Program-made: the position numbers and the translations under genes | Virus record (IMG/VR): IMGVR_UViG_3300044708_000284 | Coordinates: 1-24,124 of that record | Origin: a virus | Lineage: Duplodnaviria; Caudoviricetes | Length of the DNA: 24,124 nt | Direction: 5' to 3' (one strand) | The notes under the pieces: model-generated | Seen by the model: the letters and a program-made list of their open reading frames with translations, nothing else | What the model was told of the DNA's origin: nothing | The model's database searches: none | Part shown: in pieces, positions 1-8,607 of the stretch | How positions within the stretch are numbered: position 1 is the stretch's first letter | Layout: each line of letters begins with the position of its first letter

Positions 1-1505
1 TTGAGCTTCGCGACCGAATCGACTGACGCCGATGGTGACACCACAGACTTGTGCAGCACGTCTTCTAGAGCCAAGGCCCTATCGGCAGACCCCTTCTTCA
101 GGCCCAAGAGCTGCTTCGCCAATCCAAAGTTCTCATAGTCAGACATCATCTGAGCGTGCGCTGCATTCGCCTTCTTGTACAGTTCGCCCCCCTTGCCCTC
201 GGTGGCGGAGTCGATAGTGCGCTTGATGTCGCCGGCGACTCTAAGGTTGTTCTTATTGGTAACATCGGTCTTAGCTGCCGCGGTCACTGTCTTCCTGAGC
301 TGCGCCATCTCGCCGAGCTTTAACGTATAGCCGTCACCCTTGCCGGTGTAGTTGTTCGCGGCTAATTTCTCAAGCTTATCCAACGCCTTCTTAGCAACTG
401 GTGCCAAGTCAGCGTCATCCTGCAACGCAATTAGCTGCTCGCGCAAAGGCTTGGCATCGATTGGGTGGTTGAATTCATCGCTGTTCTCGAACTCCTTAAA
501 CAGGGCCCGAACTTTCGTCTTATCCCTAGCAGCTCGCTGACGCAGCGCCTTGTCAGTGATGCCGCCGATGTCGCGCAGCTCAGTCATCTCAGCGCCGGTC
601 GAGTCAATGAACTCGTCCAACTTCTGCTGGAGGTGCAGATTTTGGTTCTGCATGCGCTGACGTATGGGCTCACCTATGTCCCCCTGCTTGGCAGTCTCGC
701 GCTCGAAGCGCTGCTGCTCAAAGGCGCGAGTCTTCTGGCCTTCGGTCAAGGCTTTATCACCAGTGAACCCGAGCTCACGGGCATTCGCCTCGCGCATCGT
801 GGCTAGGTCGGTTGCCGCAGCGCCTGCGTCGGCTCCAGTGCCGGCAGTGCGTCGAACTGCAGTCGAACCAGGCGCGATCGTCTCAGTCACCTTGTCAGCT
901 AAGGCACCAGCGGCTTGCTTGATCGGATCGACGACCTTAGCAGCTGCAGCGCGCACCGGGATGGCAGCCTCTGAGGCTGCGGCGCGCACAACTGGGCGGG
1001 CTGCGCTCGCTGCCTCGCTCACCACCCCAAGTTCACCGGCCATTGGGCCGAGCGCCTGCAACGGCTCGGCGACCTCGCCTACCTTCTCCATGATGCGCTG
1101 GCCGGATTCGGTCCGCGGCGTGTAGGTCATAGCCCTGGCCACCTTATCTGCGAGCTCAGCGGCTTCGTCCTTGCCACCGTCCAGGGCATGCCCACCAGTT
1201 ACTACCTGGTCTTTGATGCCTTTGGCCATGCCGACAAGTGGCGCAATGACGCCAGCCGGGATTGCCGTCAATGTGCTCAGCACAGATTCCCCCGTACCGA
1301 CGACTTTATCACCAACTGAAGTCGGCTGTGGTCCTGGCGTGGTACCATATACAATCGCGTTCTTGCCGAAGTCAGGGATGCCTTCGAATGGGGCGCGACG
1401 CTCCCGCTCGGCCTTGATGATAGGCGCGAGCCGACGGGCGGCGTCCATGTCGCCGGCCTTGTCGGCATTGACTAGAGCCCGCTCAAGTTGCTCTAACGTC
1501 GCCAC
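1..1505 (-). CDS. DNA ejection/injection protein (P22 gp16/gp20-like position), 3'-truncated by window edge
   Basis: Absent from the ORF track. A GTG at 1505 follows GGAGG and the upstream stop. It reads MATLEQLERALVNADKAGDMDAARRLAPIIKAERE..., and the same frame is open at the window start. It is the third gene of the ejection cluster. Confidence 0.7.
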   Translation of the reverse strand, partial: MATLEQLERALVNADKAGDMDAARRLAPIIKAERERRAPFEGIPDFGKNAIVYGTTPGPQPTSVGDKVVGTGESVLSTLTAIPAGVIAPLVGMAKGIKDQVVTGGHALDGGKDEAAELADKVARAMTYTPRTESGQRIMEKVGEVAEPLQALGPMAGELGVVSEAASAARPVVRAAASEAAIPVRAAAAKVVDPIKQAAGALADKVTETIAPGSTAVRRTAGTGADAGAAATDLATMREANARELGFTGDKALTEGQKTRAFEQQRFERETAKQGDIGEPIRQRMQNQNLHLQQKLDEFIDSTGAEMTELRDIGGITDKALRQRAARDKTKVRALFKEFENSDEFNHPIDAKPLREQLIALQDDADLAPVAKKALDKLEKLAANNYTGKGDGYTLKLGEMAQLRKTVTAAAKTDVTNKNNLRVAGDIKRTIDSATEGKGGELYKKANAAHAQMMSDYENFGLAKQLLGLKKGSADRALALEDVLHKSVVSPSASVDSVAKL

Positions 1506-1506
1506 G

Positions 1507-2817
1507 TCAACCTCCTGCGTACTTCTTCACAAGTGCATCGATGTCCTCTGGGCTCGTCTGCACCTTCGGCGTGTCTGGGATCGTGTCAGGCACGCCGTAC
1601 TTCTCAGTGATGTTCTTGCGGGTCTTGAGCAGCAGCCGCTGGACCTCCTTGAGATTGTCAGTGAACTGCTTCTCACCCTGCTTGCGGTTCAAGCTCTGGA
1701 TGCCATTGATGAGGCGCTCGCCCTCCTTCTCAGAGAGTGCACCGAGCCCTGAGGCACCAGTGGAAGAGGCGTCCTTCAGCTTCTGCAACTGCGTGAGGAA
1801 CGTCTGCGACTGGATCGTCTCGATGTCGGCAATGGCATTCTGCGCCTCGTCTGAGAAGACGTTCTTCGCGGCTCCCGCCCAGCCACCCTCGAGCGAACCG
1901 ACGACATCATTCAGCGACGGGTTGTTGAGCACACGGTCGATGGTGGCCATCGAGTTGTCGATGGTGCCGCGCGTCGTGTCGATGGCGACTGCTTTGTCGC
2001 GCACCACTTGGTCGCGGGCCATCTGCGCATCCTTCAGCTTGTCCTGCAGCTCCTGCTTCTTGAGTTCGTTGGTCTCCTTGGCAAGCCCGGCAGTCATCGC
2101 AGCGATGCGGTTGTTCTCGCGCGCAATCTTGACGTCCTCCTGGATCTTGTAGATGTCCCAGCCTTTCTTTTGGAGGTCCATAACGGCATCCGACTCAGCG
2201 AAGTTGGCCTTCGTGGCAGCCGAGCGCGCCGCCGACTGAGCCTCTGACAGCTTCGATGGCTCCAGGTCACGCTCGCGTCGCTCAGATTCGAGCTTGCTGA
2301 ATGTCTCCTGGAACTTTTCTGGCCCCATGGCTGACGCCAAGTAGACTCCGGCAGTCGTTTTAGCTGTCTCTGGGTGCAGACGGATGAGTTCAGCCATGTG
2401 ATCAGCTGCATCAGCATCTTGGGTCATGCCCGAGTTGCGATACGCATCACCGTAACCTTTCAAAAGGCTCGCCGCGGTGTCGTTGTCGCCAGCAAGCAGT
2501 GAGGAGTAGGCTTGGCTTGCCATGTTCACCTTGGCTTTCTGCTGCTCGGTGCCCAAAGCGTCATACCCGCGCTTGAATTGCTCGCTCATCTCAGGATATT
2601 TCACCATGAGCGAAGCTATAGCAGCTGGACTGTGCGTAGTGTTGACATCACTCAGGTCTTTCTGCATCTGCTGCACGCGCGCAGCGCTAGCCTGAGCAGC
2701 TTTCATCTGAGCTTTAGCAGCATTCACCTGCATCAAGCTTCCGCCAAGCTGCACCGCCCCGAGCATGTTCTGCGTGGGGTTGGGAATGTTCAAAGAATAG
2801 TCGTAAGGTTGCGGCAT
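1507..2817 (-). CDS. DNA ejection/transfer protein (P22 gp20-like)
   Basis: The likely start is ATG 2817 (MPQPYDYSLNIP), just after the upstream stop. The protein is helical and Ala/Gln-rich with a C-terminal GLGALSEKEG motif. It follows the gp7-like gene. Confidence 0.7.
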   Translation of the reverse strand: MPQPYDYSLNIPNPTQNMLGAVQLGGSLMQVNAAKAQMKAAQASAARVQQMQKDLSDVNTTHSPAAIASLMVKYPEMSEQFKRGYDALGTEQQKAKVNMASQAYSSLLAGDNDTAASLLKGYGDAYRNSGMTQDADAADHMAELIRLHPETAKTTAGVYLASAMGPEKFQETFSKLESERRERDLEPSKLSEAQSAARSAATKANFAESDAVMDLQKKGWDIYKIQEDVKIARENNRIAAMTAGLAKETNELKKQELQDKLKDAQMARDQVVRDKAVAIDTTRGTIDNSMATIDRVLNNPSLNDVVGSLEGGWAGAAKNVFSDEAQNAIADIETIQSQTFLTQLQKLKDASSTGASGLGALSEKEGERLINGIQSLNRKQGEKQFTDNLKEVQRLLLKTRKNITEKYGVPDTIPDTPKVQTSPEDIDALVKKYAGG

Positions 2818-2818
2818 A

Positions 2819-3460
2819 TTAGAACACCTTGCCCCCACCGTTGGAGTTCATGTTGCTGAGGATGGCGGCAGTCGCAATGGAATTCGCTACGTTGCCGACT
2901 GCTTGGCCCTGTGCAATGGCTTTACCAGCCTCGGCTTGTCCCTGCTGGGCGAGCAGGTTTGCGATGTTGCTGCCGGTCGTGATTCCAGCTGAGCCGACGC
3001 CTGCAGCCGACGCCTGGCCGATCTGCGTGATGCCGCCCAAGCGGTTGTACTGCTTGTCTATCAGCCCGCTCAGCAGCTGCGGCCGGAACGTCGCCAACGC
3101 ACCCTGCGTGTTGCCGCCGCGTAGGCCGCCGGTGGCCGAAGCATTCTGCAAGATAGCCTCCTCACCCTGCGTCGTCATCGCGCTGAACTCAGGAGAGTTC
3201 TCGATGGCGGCGACCGCTGCTTGCTGCGCCTCAGGTCCGTTGAGCCCAGCCAGGTCGCCCTGGGAAGCCAAGGACTTCTCACCGGCTGCGGTGTAAGGCT
3301 TGAGCATCTCCTGCATCTTGTCGAAGCGGTAATTCTCCGACTCGATGCCAGCCTGAGCTGCATCTTTCTGAGCCTTGGCACCTTTGCTGGCCGCCATGTT
3401 TGAAGCCACGCCACCTACGACGGCGGCACCTACGACTGCTGCACCCCATCCTTCAAACAT
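2819..3460 (-). CDS. DNA transfer protein (P22 gp7-like)
   Basis: Hydrophobic Gly/Ala N-terminus (GAAVVGAAVVGG) and the typical segments LKPYTAAG and ILQNASATGGLRGGNTQGAL. ATG 3460 is preceded by GGAGG. Confidence 0.8.
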   Translation of the reverse strand: MFEGWGAAVVGAAVVGGVASNMAASKGAKAQKDAAQAGIESENYRFDKMQEMLKPYTAAGEKSLASQGDLAGLNGPEAQQAAVAAIENSPEFSAMTTQGEEAILQNASATGGLRGGNTQGALATFRPQLLSGLIDKQYNRLGGITQIGQASAAGVGSAGITTGSNIANLLAQQGQAEAGKAIAQGQAVGNVANSIATAAILSNMNSNGGGKVF

Positions 3461-4070
3461 AGCCAAGGCCCTCCACGTAAAAGTGACAGCCCCATATCAT
3501 GCGACCGTCCTCGACACCCTCGCCGAAGCCAGTGTAAGGGTACCGGCAGTGGAACACTGCTGATGGAAAGATGACGGCGCGGTTGTACTTGCCTTCGACG
3601 CTATTGATCTTCTCCCAGATGTCTGGGTCTCGATGACTGCAGTCGAGGCGCATCCGCTCGAAGTTCTCCGGGTCAGCATAGAACTTCTCGAGCGGCGGCA
3701 GCGAGTACGTGTCGGTCGGCTTGTGCCGATAGAATTCCGTACCGCTGTCGTCGTGCTTGCTCATGTAGACCAAGCAAGTGAAGTCACCTGTGAAGATGTC
3801 GCTGTGAACGACGGCCTCCTCGGTGTTCTTGGTGGTGACCCGGAAGAAGAACTTGTTCGGGTAGATCGGCGACTTGAAGTGCTTCGCGAGCGCGCGCACA
3901 CCGGTAGCGTGGTCACCGTAGAAGTTCACTCCTTCGAACTTGTCTGGCCCAATGGCTCCTTTGTTGGGGCGCCACGTGCCGAAGCCCGAGGCAATCGCGC
4001 TCTGGCGCATCTTGTCGGGGTCCGCCAAGAAGTCATCGACGTAGAATATCTTGTAATCTTTCTCTATCAC
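3453..4070 (-). CDS. DUF6445-like putative 2OG-Fe(II) dioxygenase
   Basis: N-terminal VDDFLADP, HxD (VHSD), LVYMS, GTEFYRH, YNRAVIFPSAVFH (distal His) and a C-terminal Arg (GRMIW) match a DSBH oxygenase layout. GAGGAG RBS before the GTG. Confidence 0.7.
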   Translation of the reverse strand: MIEKDYKIFYVDDFLADPDKMRQSAIASGFGTWRPNKGAIGPDKFEGVNFYGDHATGVRALAKHFKSPIYPNKFFFRVTTKNTEEAVVHSDIFTGDFTCLVYMSKHDDSGTEFYRHKPTDTYSLPPLEKFYADPENFERMRLDCSHRDPDIWEKINSVEGKYNRAVIFPSAVFHCRYPYTGFGEGVEDGRMIWGCHFYVEGLGYV

Positions 4071-4125
4071 TCAGCAGTCTCCTCTACGAGGGGTGGCTGC
4101 TGGTAGCCGGAACTCAGCTGTCCGG

Positions 4126-4154
4126 ATCCTACCGCAACCACCTTGTGAAGTAAA
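4126..4154 (-). promoter_or_regulatory. sigma70-like promoter for oxygenase/ejection genes
   Basis: The minus strand reads TTTACT-17 nt-TAGGAT in the intergenic gap. Confidence 0.55.
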
Positions 4155-4493
4155 CTAGTCGACTGAAATCTGGCGCCCAGCAGCTCGGATTGTGAGCGAT
4201 GCGGCGGCCCCAGCTAATGTGGAGATGAAATCCCCGGCCTCTAGCACGTGGCCGATGAGCTCCGGGCAAGTGTAGCACTGACCAGCAAGGATCGTCTTGC
4301 TCAAGATCAGGTTCGCAGCCCCTGCCGCTCCACCGTTGTTCACAAGATTCACGGCAAACGTCACGTTGCCGCCTGTCGTGTTGTTCACAGTGAACTTGTC
4401 GATGATCGTCTGCACGTCTGCCGACGTGTACTGGGTCGTCTGCGCGTTCTCAGCTGCCTTCGACAGGATAATTGCCTTCGCCACGGTCGTCAT
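4155..4493 (-). CDS. small virion structural protein (hypothetical)
   Basis: 112-aa beta-rich ORF with a GGAGAG RBS, inside the morphogenesis operon. Confidence 0.7.
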   Translation of the reverse strand: MTTVAKAIILSKAAENAQTTQYTSADVQTIIDKFTVNNTTGGNVTFAVNLVNNGGAAGAANLILSKTILAGQCYTCPELIGHVLEAGDFISTLAGAAASLTIRAAGRQISVD

Positions 4494-4502
4494 GATACTC
4501 TC

Positions 4503-4994
4503 CTACCAAGTTGGTACTTGTCTGTTGGTGCCGTTGTCGTTGATGGTGACCCACTTGGTCGGGTTGCCAGCAGCCGGCGCATTGTTGAGTGTCCCCACAG
4601 CTGCGGCAGCTCCATTCGCCAATGCCTGAGATGAGGCAATGAGAATCGCCGTGCTGTCAGTCAGAGCTGCCTCAACTGTCGTCGCCTTGATGTCGGCGAG
4701 CTCAACCTGCGGCGCGACGTCGTCAGGCAACTGAGCGGGTGCGACAGGCGGCGCCATGGCAAGCGTCTCGATGGCTGCAGTCAGCCTCACCACCGCAGCC
4801 ACCGCCTCATTAGACTGCGCAGCTGCCACCTCCGAGATGAGCGCCACGGCATCAAGCTGTATCTGCTGACTGATGAACTCCGGCGGGATGAGGTCGAAGA
4901 TCTTTTCGAACGCGCGGATGACGCGCTGGTTCTTAAAGACTCGCTCGAGCTCCTTCCGCAGGACTGGCCGTGGGTCGACACCGATGTCTGCCAT
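4503..4994 (-). CDS. putative tail needle/plug-type virion protein
   Basis: The likely start is ATG 4994 (MADIGVDPRP), adjacent to the gp10 stop. It has an Ala-rich helical middle and lies in the P22 gp26 position. Confidence 0.5.
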   Translation of the reverse strand: MADIGVDPRPVLRKELERVFKNQRVIRAFEKIFDLIPPEFISQQIQLDAVALISEVAAAQSNEAVAAVVRLTAAIETLAMAPPVAPAQLPDDVAPQVELADIKATTVEAALTDSTAILIASSQALANGAAAAVGTLNNAPAAGNPTKWVTINDNGTNRQVPTW

Positions 4995-4995
4995 G

Positions 4996-6393
4996 CTACA
5001 CCGCCAGCCCTTCGAGCCGAGCCTCGAGGCGGGCGATCGACAAGCGGCTGTCCGACGTGCCGTTGAATTTCTGGATCCGCCAGTTGCGCATTGAGCCTTG
5101 CTGCAGCCAGACAAGTCGCTTCTGGCGCTCACCTCGTTTACCGGCGAGAATGAACTTCGGTTGGCTCCACTCCTCACCTTCAAGTGAGTACTTCGTGGAG
5201 ATAATTGGCTCAGCACCTAAGTCAGCACGACCTGACAGGCACACAAGCTCAAGCTCGTGGAAGATCGCGCCCATGCCATCGTTGTAGATGATGACAGTCG
5301 AGAACTCCCAGCCGATCTTCTGCGACCAATGCTCTGAAGTTGTGTTCGTGAGGTAGCCGATCTTGTCTGACTGTGGGTCACCTACCAACCACTTGTTGTA
5401 GCACCAGACGAGGTTCCGCGCGCGGTACTGCGCGACATCGAGACCTGAGCCCAACGTGTACCACACCTTCTCAGTCAGCAGCGCCGAAGCCGCACCGTCA
5501 TACACTAGAGTACGGTCAGGCAGGTGGATGTACAGCAGCTGATGACCTTTGTCAACGCGCGCTTCCACTTTAGTGGTGGCGAGCGCAGCTTCTGAGTAGG
5601 TAGCGAGCTGCAAGTCGATTTCGCGGGTCGCGATGCGTGTGTACTGACCGTTGGAAGCGAGATACACACTCGGCGATTCGTTCCGACCACTGCCGACGAG
5701 TCCGATGTTGTCCATGAAGACGCAGCACGCATTCGTGCCGACTGCGCCTTTAGGAATCAACGCACCCGGCACCTGCGTGAATGGGAAGCCGTTGCCTCCG
5801 ATGTTGTTCAGCGTCTGCATAGTGTAGCGGTTGATTGCCGTAGGCTCATTGTGCAGCTTCAGGAGCGCGAGCACTGGATCTGGGTCCGCCTCAGACGAAC
5901 CATACTTCGTCGGCAGCACCGAGAACGGGTTGGCAAGCTCCGTCACGACGATGAACTCACCGTCCGTCGACATGAAGTAGCCGTCGACCCAGATGAAGTC
6001 AATGCAGTTGCCCAGGTCAGAATCCGTGATCTGAGTCAGCACACCGTTGTACAGGAACAATGCATTCGACGCCCTGACGGCCAGGTAGTCGAACGAATAA
6101 TCGAACTTCACGAGGTCCCCGCCCGGGATCGTGCCCAGGACGGTGATGATGCCCGCGCCCGAGATCGAGACGAACGTTGTCCCCATCACTCGGTAGCAGA
6201 CGCCATTCCAGTTGATTCCACCTCGATCCACACCAGACCCGCTAGCAGTGAATGGCAACACCCCATCGCCAGGGCGCAGATAGCCCTGGCTGATGCCTTC
6301 CTGAACGGGCACCGGCACCAAGTTGTACGGGTAGGCTATCCGAAAGTCCGAAGACTCATCGGTATAGACCCCGTTAAGGATGGGGATCTGCAT
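4996..6393 (-). CDS. packaged DNA stabilization / tail hub protein (P22 gp10-like)
   Basis: Starts MQIPILNGVY (ATG 6393), about 465 aa. Motifs WVDGYF, YGSSEADPD and HLPDRTLVYD. Syntenic with P22 gp10. Confidence 0.85.
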   Translation of the reverse strand: MQIPILNGVYTDESSDFRIAYPYNLVPVPVQEGISQGYLRPGDGVLPFTASGSGVDRGGINWNGVCYRVMGTTFVSISGAGIITVLGTIPGGDLVKFDYSFDYLAVRASNALFLYNGVLTQITDSDLGNCIDFIWVDGYFMSTDGEFIVVTELANPFSVLPTKYGSSEADPDPVLALLKLHNEPTAINRYTMQTLNNIGGNGFPFTQVPGALIPKGAVGTNACCVFMDNIGLVGSGRNESPSVYLASNGQYTRIATREIDLQLATYSEAALATTKVEARVDKGHQLLYIHLPDRTLVYDGAASALLTEKVWYTLGSGLDVAQYRARNLVWCYNKWLVGDPQSDKIGYLTNTTSEHWSQKIGWEFSTVIIYNDGMGAIFHELELVCLSGRADLGAEPIISTKYSLEGEEWSQPKFILAGKRGERQKRLVWLQQGSMRNWRIQKFNGTSDSRLSIARLEARLEGLAV

Positions 6394-6394
6394 C

Positions 6395-6637
6395 TCAGGC
6401 GTCCCACTGAAATCCGGTGATGCCGACAGCGGTCGAAGCTGCCATGACTTGGTTGAACGACCCGTAGATCGTCTCACCCGCCAGCACGTTGGGGATGGTG
6501 ACTGTCTGCCCGCCTGACTTCACGACAAGCGTGCCAGCAGTGGTGCCCACACGCAGCGCAATGAGCGCTGGCGTGTAGACGGTAGCGTCGCTCGCTGTGA
6601 CAGGAATGACGTTCGGAGATTTGTTTTGGCGTTCCAT
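6395..6637 (-). CDS. hypothetical virion protein (80 aa)
   Basis: Tightly packed beta-rich ORF in the structural operon. Confidence 0.65.
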   Translation of the reverse strand: MERQNKSPNVIPVTASDATVYTPALIALRVGTTAGTLVVKSGGQTVTIPNVLAGETIYGSFNQVMAASTAVGITGFQWDA

Positions 6638-6643
6638 TGTAGT

Positions 6644-7126
6644 CTACCCCACTCGATACCAGTTGGAAGTTACGGCGTCGTATTTCAGCCGGAAGAAGGC
6701 GTTCGCAGCCAGCGTCGTCGGGGCTCCGACCGCCCCCGTCGCACCATTGAGTCCGATGGTCAGTGCCGTCACCGCCTGCGTGCAGTTGACAAGCACCTCT
6801 TGCTTATCCACGAGGCCAGCCTTCGCCGGCAGCGTGATCGTGCCGGCAGCGTAGCCTGCGAGCGGCGTCAAGATCAGGTGGACGTTCGAGCTGGTGACAC
6901 CGTCACTCGAGCTGTCGGTGATGGCGACTGTAAAGCCCGTTGCGCTCGGCGCCGCGTACTGACTGGCGTAGTCGCCGTTGTTGGAGAAGTCGAGCTGGTC
7001 CTGCATGTAATCCTGCAGGAGTGAGAGCGCTGCGGCTCGTGCATCCCCATCGTCTGTGGCAAAGATGGGGATCAAGTCGCCAGCGCTGAGCGAGGTCGCT
7101 CTGGTTAGTTGATTGATTGTTGGCAC
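6644..7126 (-). CDS. hypothetical virion protein
   Basis: The probable start is GTG 7126 (MPTINQL), 8 nt after GAGGAG. Ala/Thr-rich, ending WYRVG. Confidence 0.7.
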   Translation of the reverse strand: MPTINQLTRATSLSAGDLIPIFATDDGDARAAALSLLQDYMQDQLDFSNNGDYASQYAAPSATGFTVAITDSSSDGVTSSNVHLILTPLAGYAAGTITLPAKAGLVDKQEVLVNCTQAVTALTIGLNGATGAVGAPTTLAANAFFRLKYDAVTSNWYRVG

Positions 7127-7138
7127 TTGAATCACTCC

Positions 7139-7618
7139 TCAGTTGAATTGAATCGGACCGTCATTGCCTGCATCGATCTGCTCTTCAGGTCCGGGCAAGA
7201 ACGGGTTATCCTGACGCCACGGCTTGTTGCCAGCACCAGCCGGCATCGTCGCTGGCAGTTGCTGCTCCTGCGGCTTCGTGAACCTGCTCAGCAGCTCTGT
7301 GTAGGCGCTGCGAGCAGCCTGCTTCGTCTCAGCTGACGCTGTCTTGCCAACAATGGGCGCAATGCGGATCGCTAAGTTGGTGTAGACAGCTTCAGTCGAT
7401 GCATCAGGGATGTTCGACGCAACATCGAGCTCCGCGGCATCAGGATTGTTGGTGAGAGGGTAACCGAGCCGGATCCCGCGGCCGTTCCAGGTACCCATCA
7501 ACGCTTCGAGGCGTCGCAGGCCGGCTTGCAGCTGCTCCGGCTGGAGGTCATATGCATACTGCGCGTAGCCGACCTCCTCGAAGGCTTGCACGACCAACTG
7601 TCGCTTGGTCCAGCTCAT
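7139..7618 (-). CDS. head completion / portal adaptor protein (P22 gp4-like)
   Basis: MSWTKRQLV...A, LRRLEALMGTW...GIRLGY, NLAIRIAP and MPAGAGNK motifs, 159 aa. Confidence 0.85.
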   Translation of the reverse strand: MSWTKRQLVVQAFEEVGYAQYAYDLQPEQLQAGLRRLEALMGTWNGRGIRLGYPLTNNPDAAELDVASNIPDASTEAVYTNLAIRIAPIVGKTASAETKQAARSAYTELLSRFTKPQEQQLPATMPAGAGNKPWRQDNPFLPGPEEQIDAGNDGPIQFN

Positions 7619-7621
7619 GGC

Positions 7622-7921
7622 TCATGCTCCCAGGGCTTCAGAAATCTTCTTGCTCAGCACCTCGTCCGACGTCTTCTTGTCGAACTTGATCCCAAGCTCC
7701 TTCGCCTTCTGCTCGAGCTCTTCACGAGTCGGCGGCGCGGTGTCCGACGGCAGCTCTTTCAACGAGGCCTTGCCGGCAATGGCTTCAGGCATCGTCTCGA
7801 ACCAGCCGTCTTTCAAGGCTGCTTCTTTCTCAGCCTCAGACGTAACACCTTTGAACGCGAACGTGCCGCCTGGGCGCTGATGCGGACCTGGGCAGCGGTA
7901 AACAATTTCAGAGTAGCTCAT
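7622..7921 (-). CDS. hypothetical protein with C-terminal HeH/Rho-N-like helical motif
   Basis: C-terminal TREELEQKAKELGIKFDKKTSDEVLSKKI and an AAGGAG RBS. It lies between the head genes and gp4. Confidence 0.7.
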   Translation of the reverse strand: MSYSEIVYRCPGPHQRPGGTFAFKGVTSEAEKEAALKDGWFETMPEAIAGKASLKELPSDTAPPTREELEQKAKELGIKFDKKTSDEVLSKKISEALGA

Positions 7922-7941
7922 CTTGAATCTCCTTCAGTTAA

Positions 7942-7974
7942 GGAGAAGCGCCGAGCTGCCCCGGCGCCTCGCCT
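7942..7974 (-). terminator. stem-loop after capsid/decoration genes (possible terminator or mRNA-stabilising hairpin)
   Basis: The minus strand reads AGGCGAGGCGCCGGG-GCAG-CTCGGCGCTTCTCCT. The U-tract is weak. Confidence 0.4.
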
Positions 7975-7982
7975 GTTGTCGC

Positions 7983-8576
7983 TTAGCTTACCCGATACGT
8001 GATGAACGTATTGGCAGCAGTTTTCGTCGTGATGAATCGAGCGGAGGTCACAGTCGCGACCGCCGCCACACCCACGATGGTGTGGCCCGCAGCCGCGGTC
8101 ACCGTGAACGTGTTCGCGCCGGTGTTGATCACCGACCAGTCGAACGAATCACCGATCGCCATCGTCAACGCCGCGTCCATCACCGTGCCGGTGTCCAGGG
8201 TGGCCGCGACAGCTGCGCCCGTGGTCGACGTCACGATGCCGGCGAGAATCAATGCTGCGGTGAGAGCACCGGTCGCGTTGAGCACGCCAGGAGTTGGCTG
8301 AGTCACATCCAAGCGCTCGTACACCGACGCAGAAGCGCCGACGTTGACGAGCACTGGAGATGCACCAGCATTGACAACCGCCTGACCAGCCAACGTAAAC
8401 GCTGCTGACGTGAATGCGCCAGTACTGTTGAACAGATTCTGGTTGGCAGGCGGTTCATTTGGAAAGCCGACGACCTGATCGACTTGGTACTGACCAGCCG
8501 AGTAGGCAGCCACCTTGGCCGACGCAGCGACTGCAACTGTCGCAGTGCCGAAGGGAGGAACAGTTATTGAACCCAT
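7983..8576 (-). CDS. putative capsid decoration/accessory protein
   Basis: 197 aa, very Ala/Thr/Val-rich, directly downstream of the MCP, with an AGGAG RBS. Confidence 0.6.
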   Translation of the reverse strand: MGSITVPPFGTATVAVAASAKVAAYSAGQYQVDQVVGFPNEPPANQNLFNSTGAFTSAAFTLAGQAVVNAGASPVLVNVGASASVYERLDVTQPTPGVLNATGALTAALILAGIVTSTTGAAVAATLDTGTVMDAALTMAIGDSFDWSVINTGANTFTVTAAAGHTIVGVAAVATVTSARFITTKTAANTFITYRVS

Positions 8577-8607
8577 GTTAATGACTCCTGAGTTGAAAGC
8601 GAGTTGA

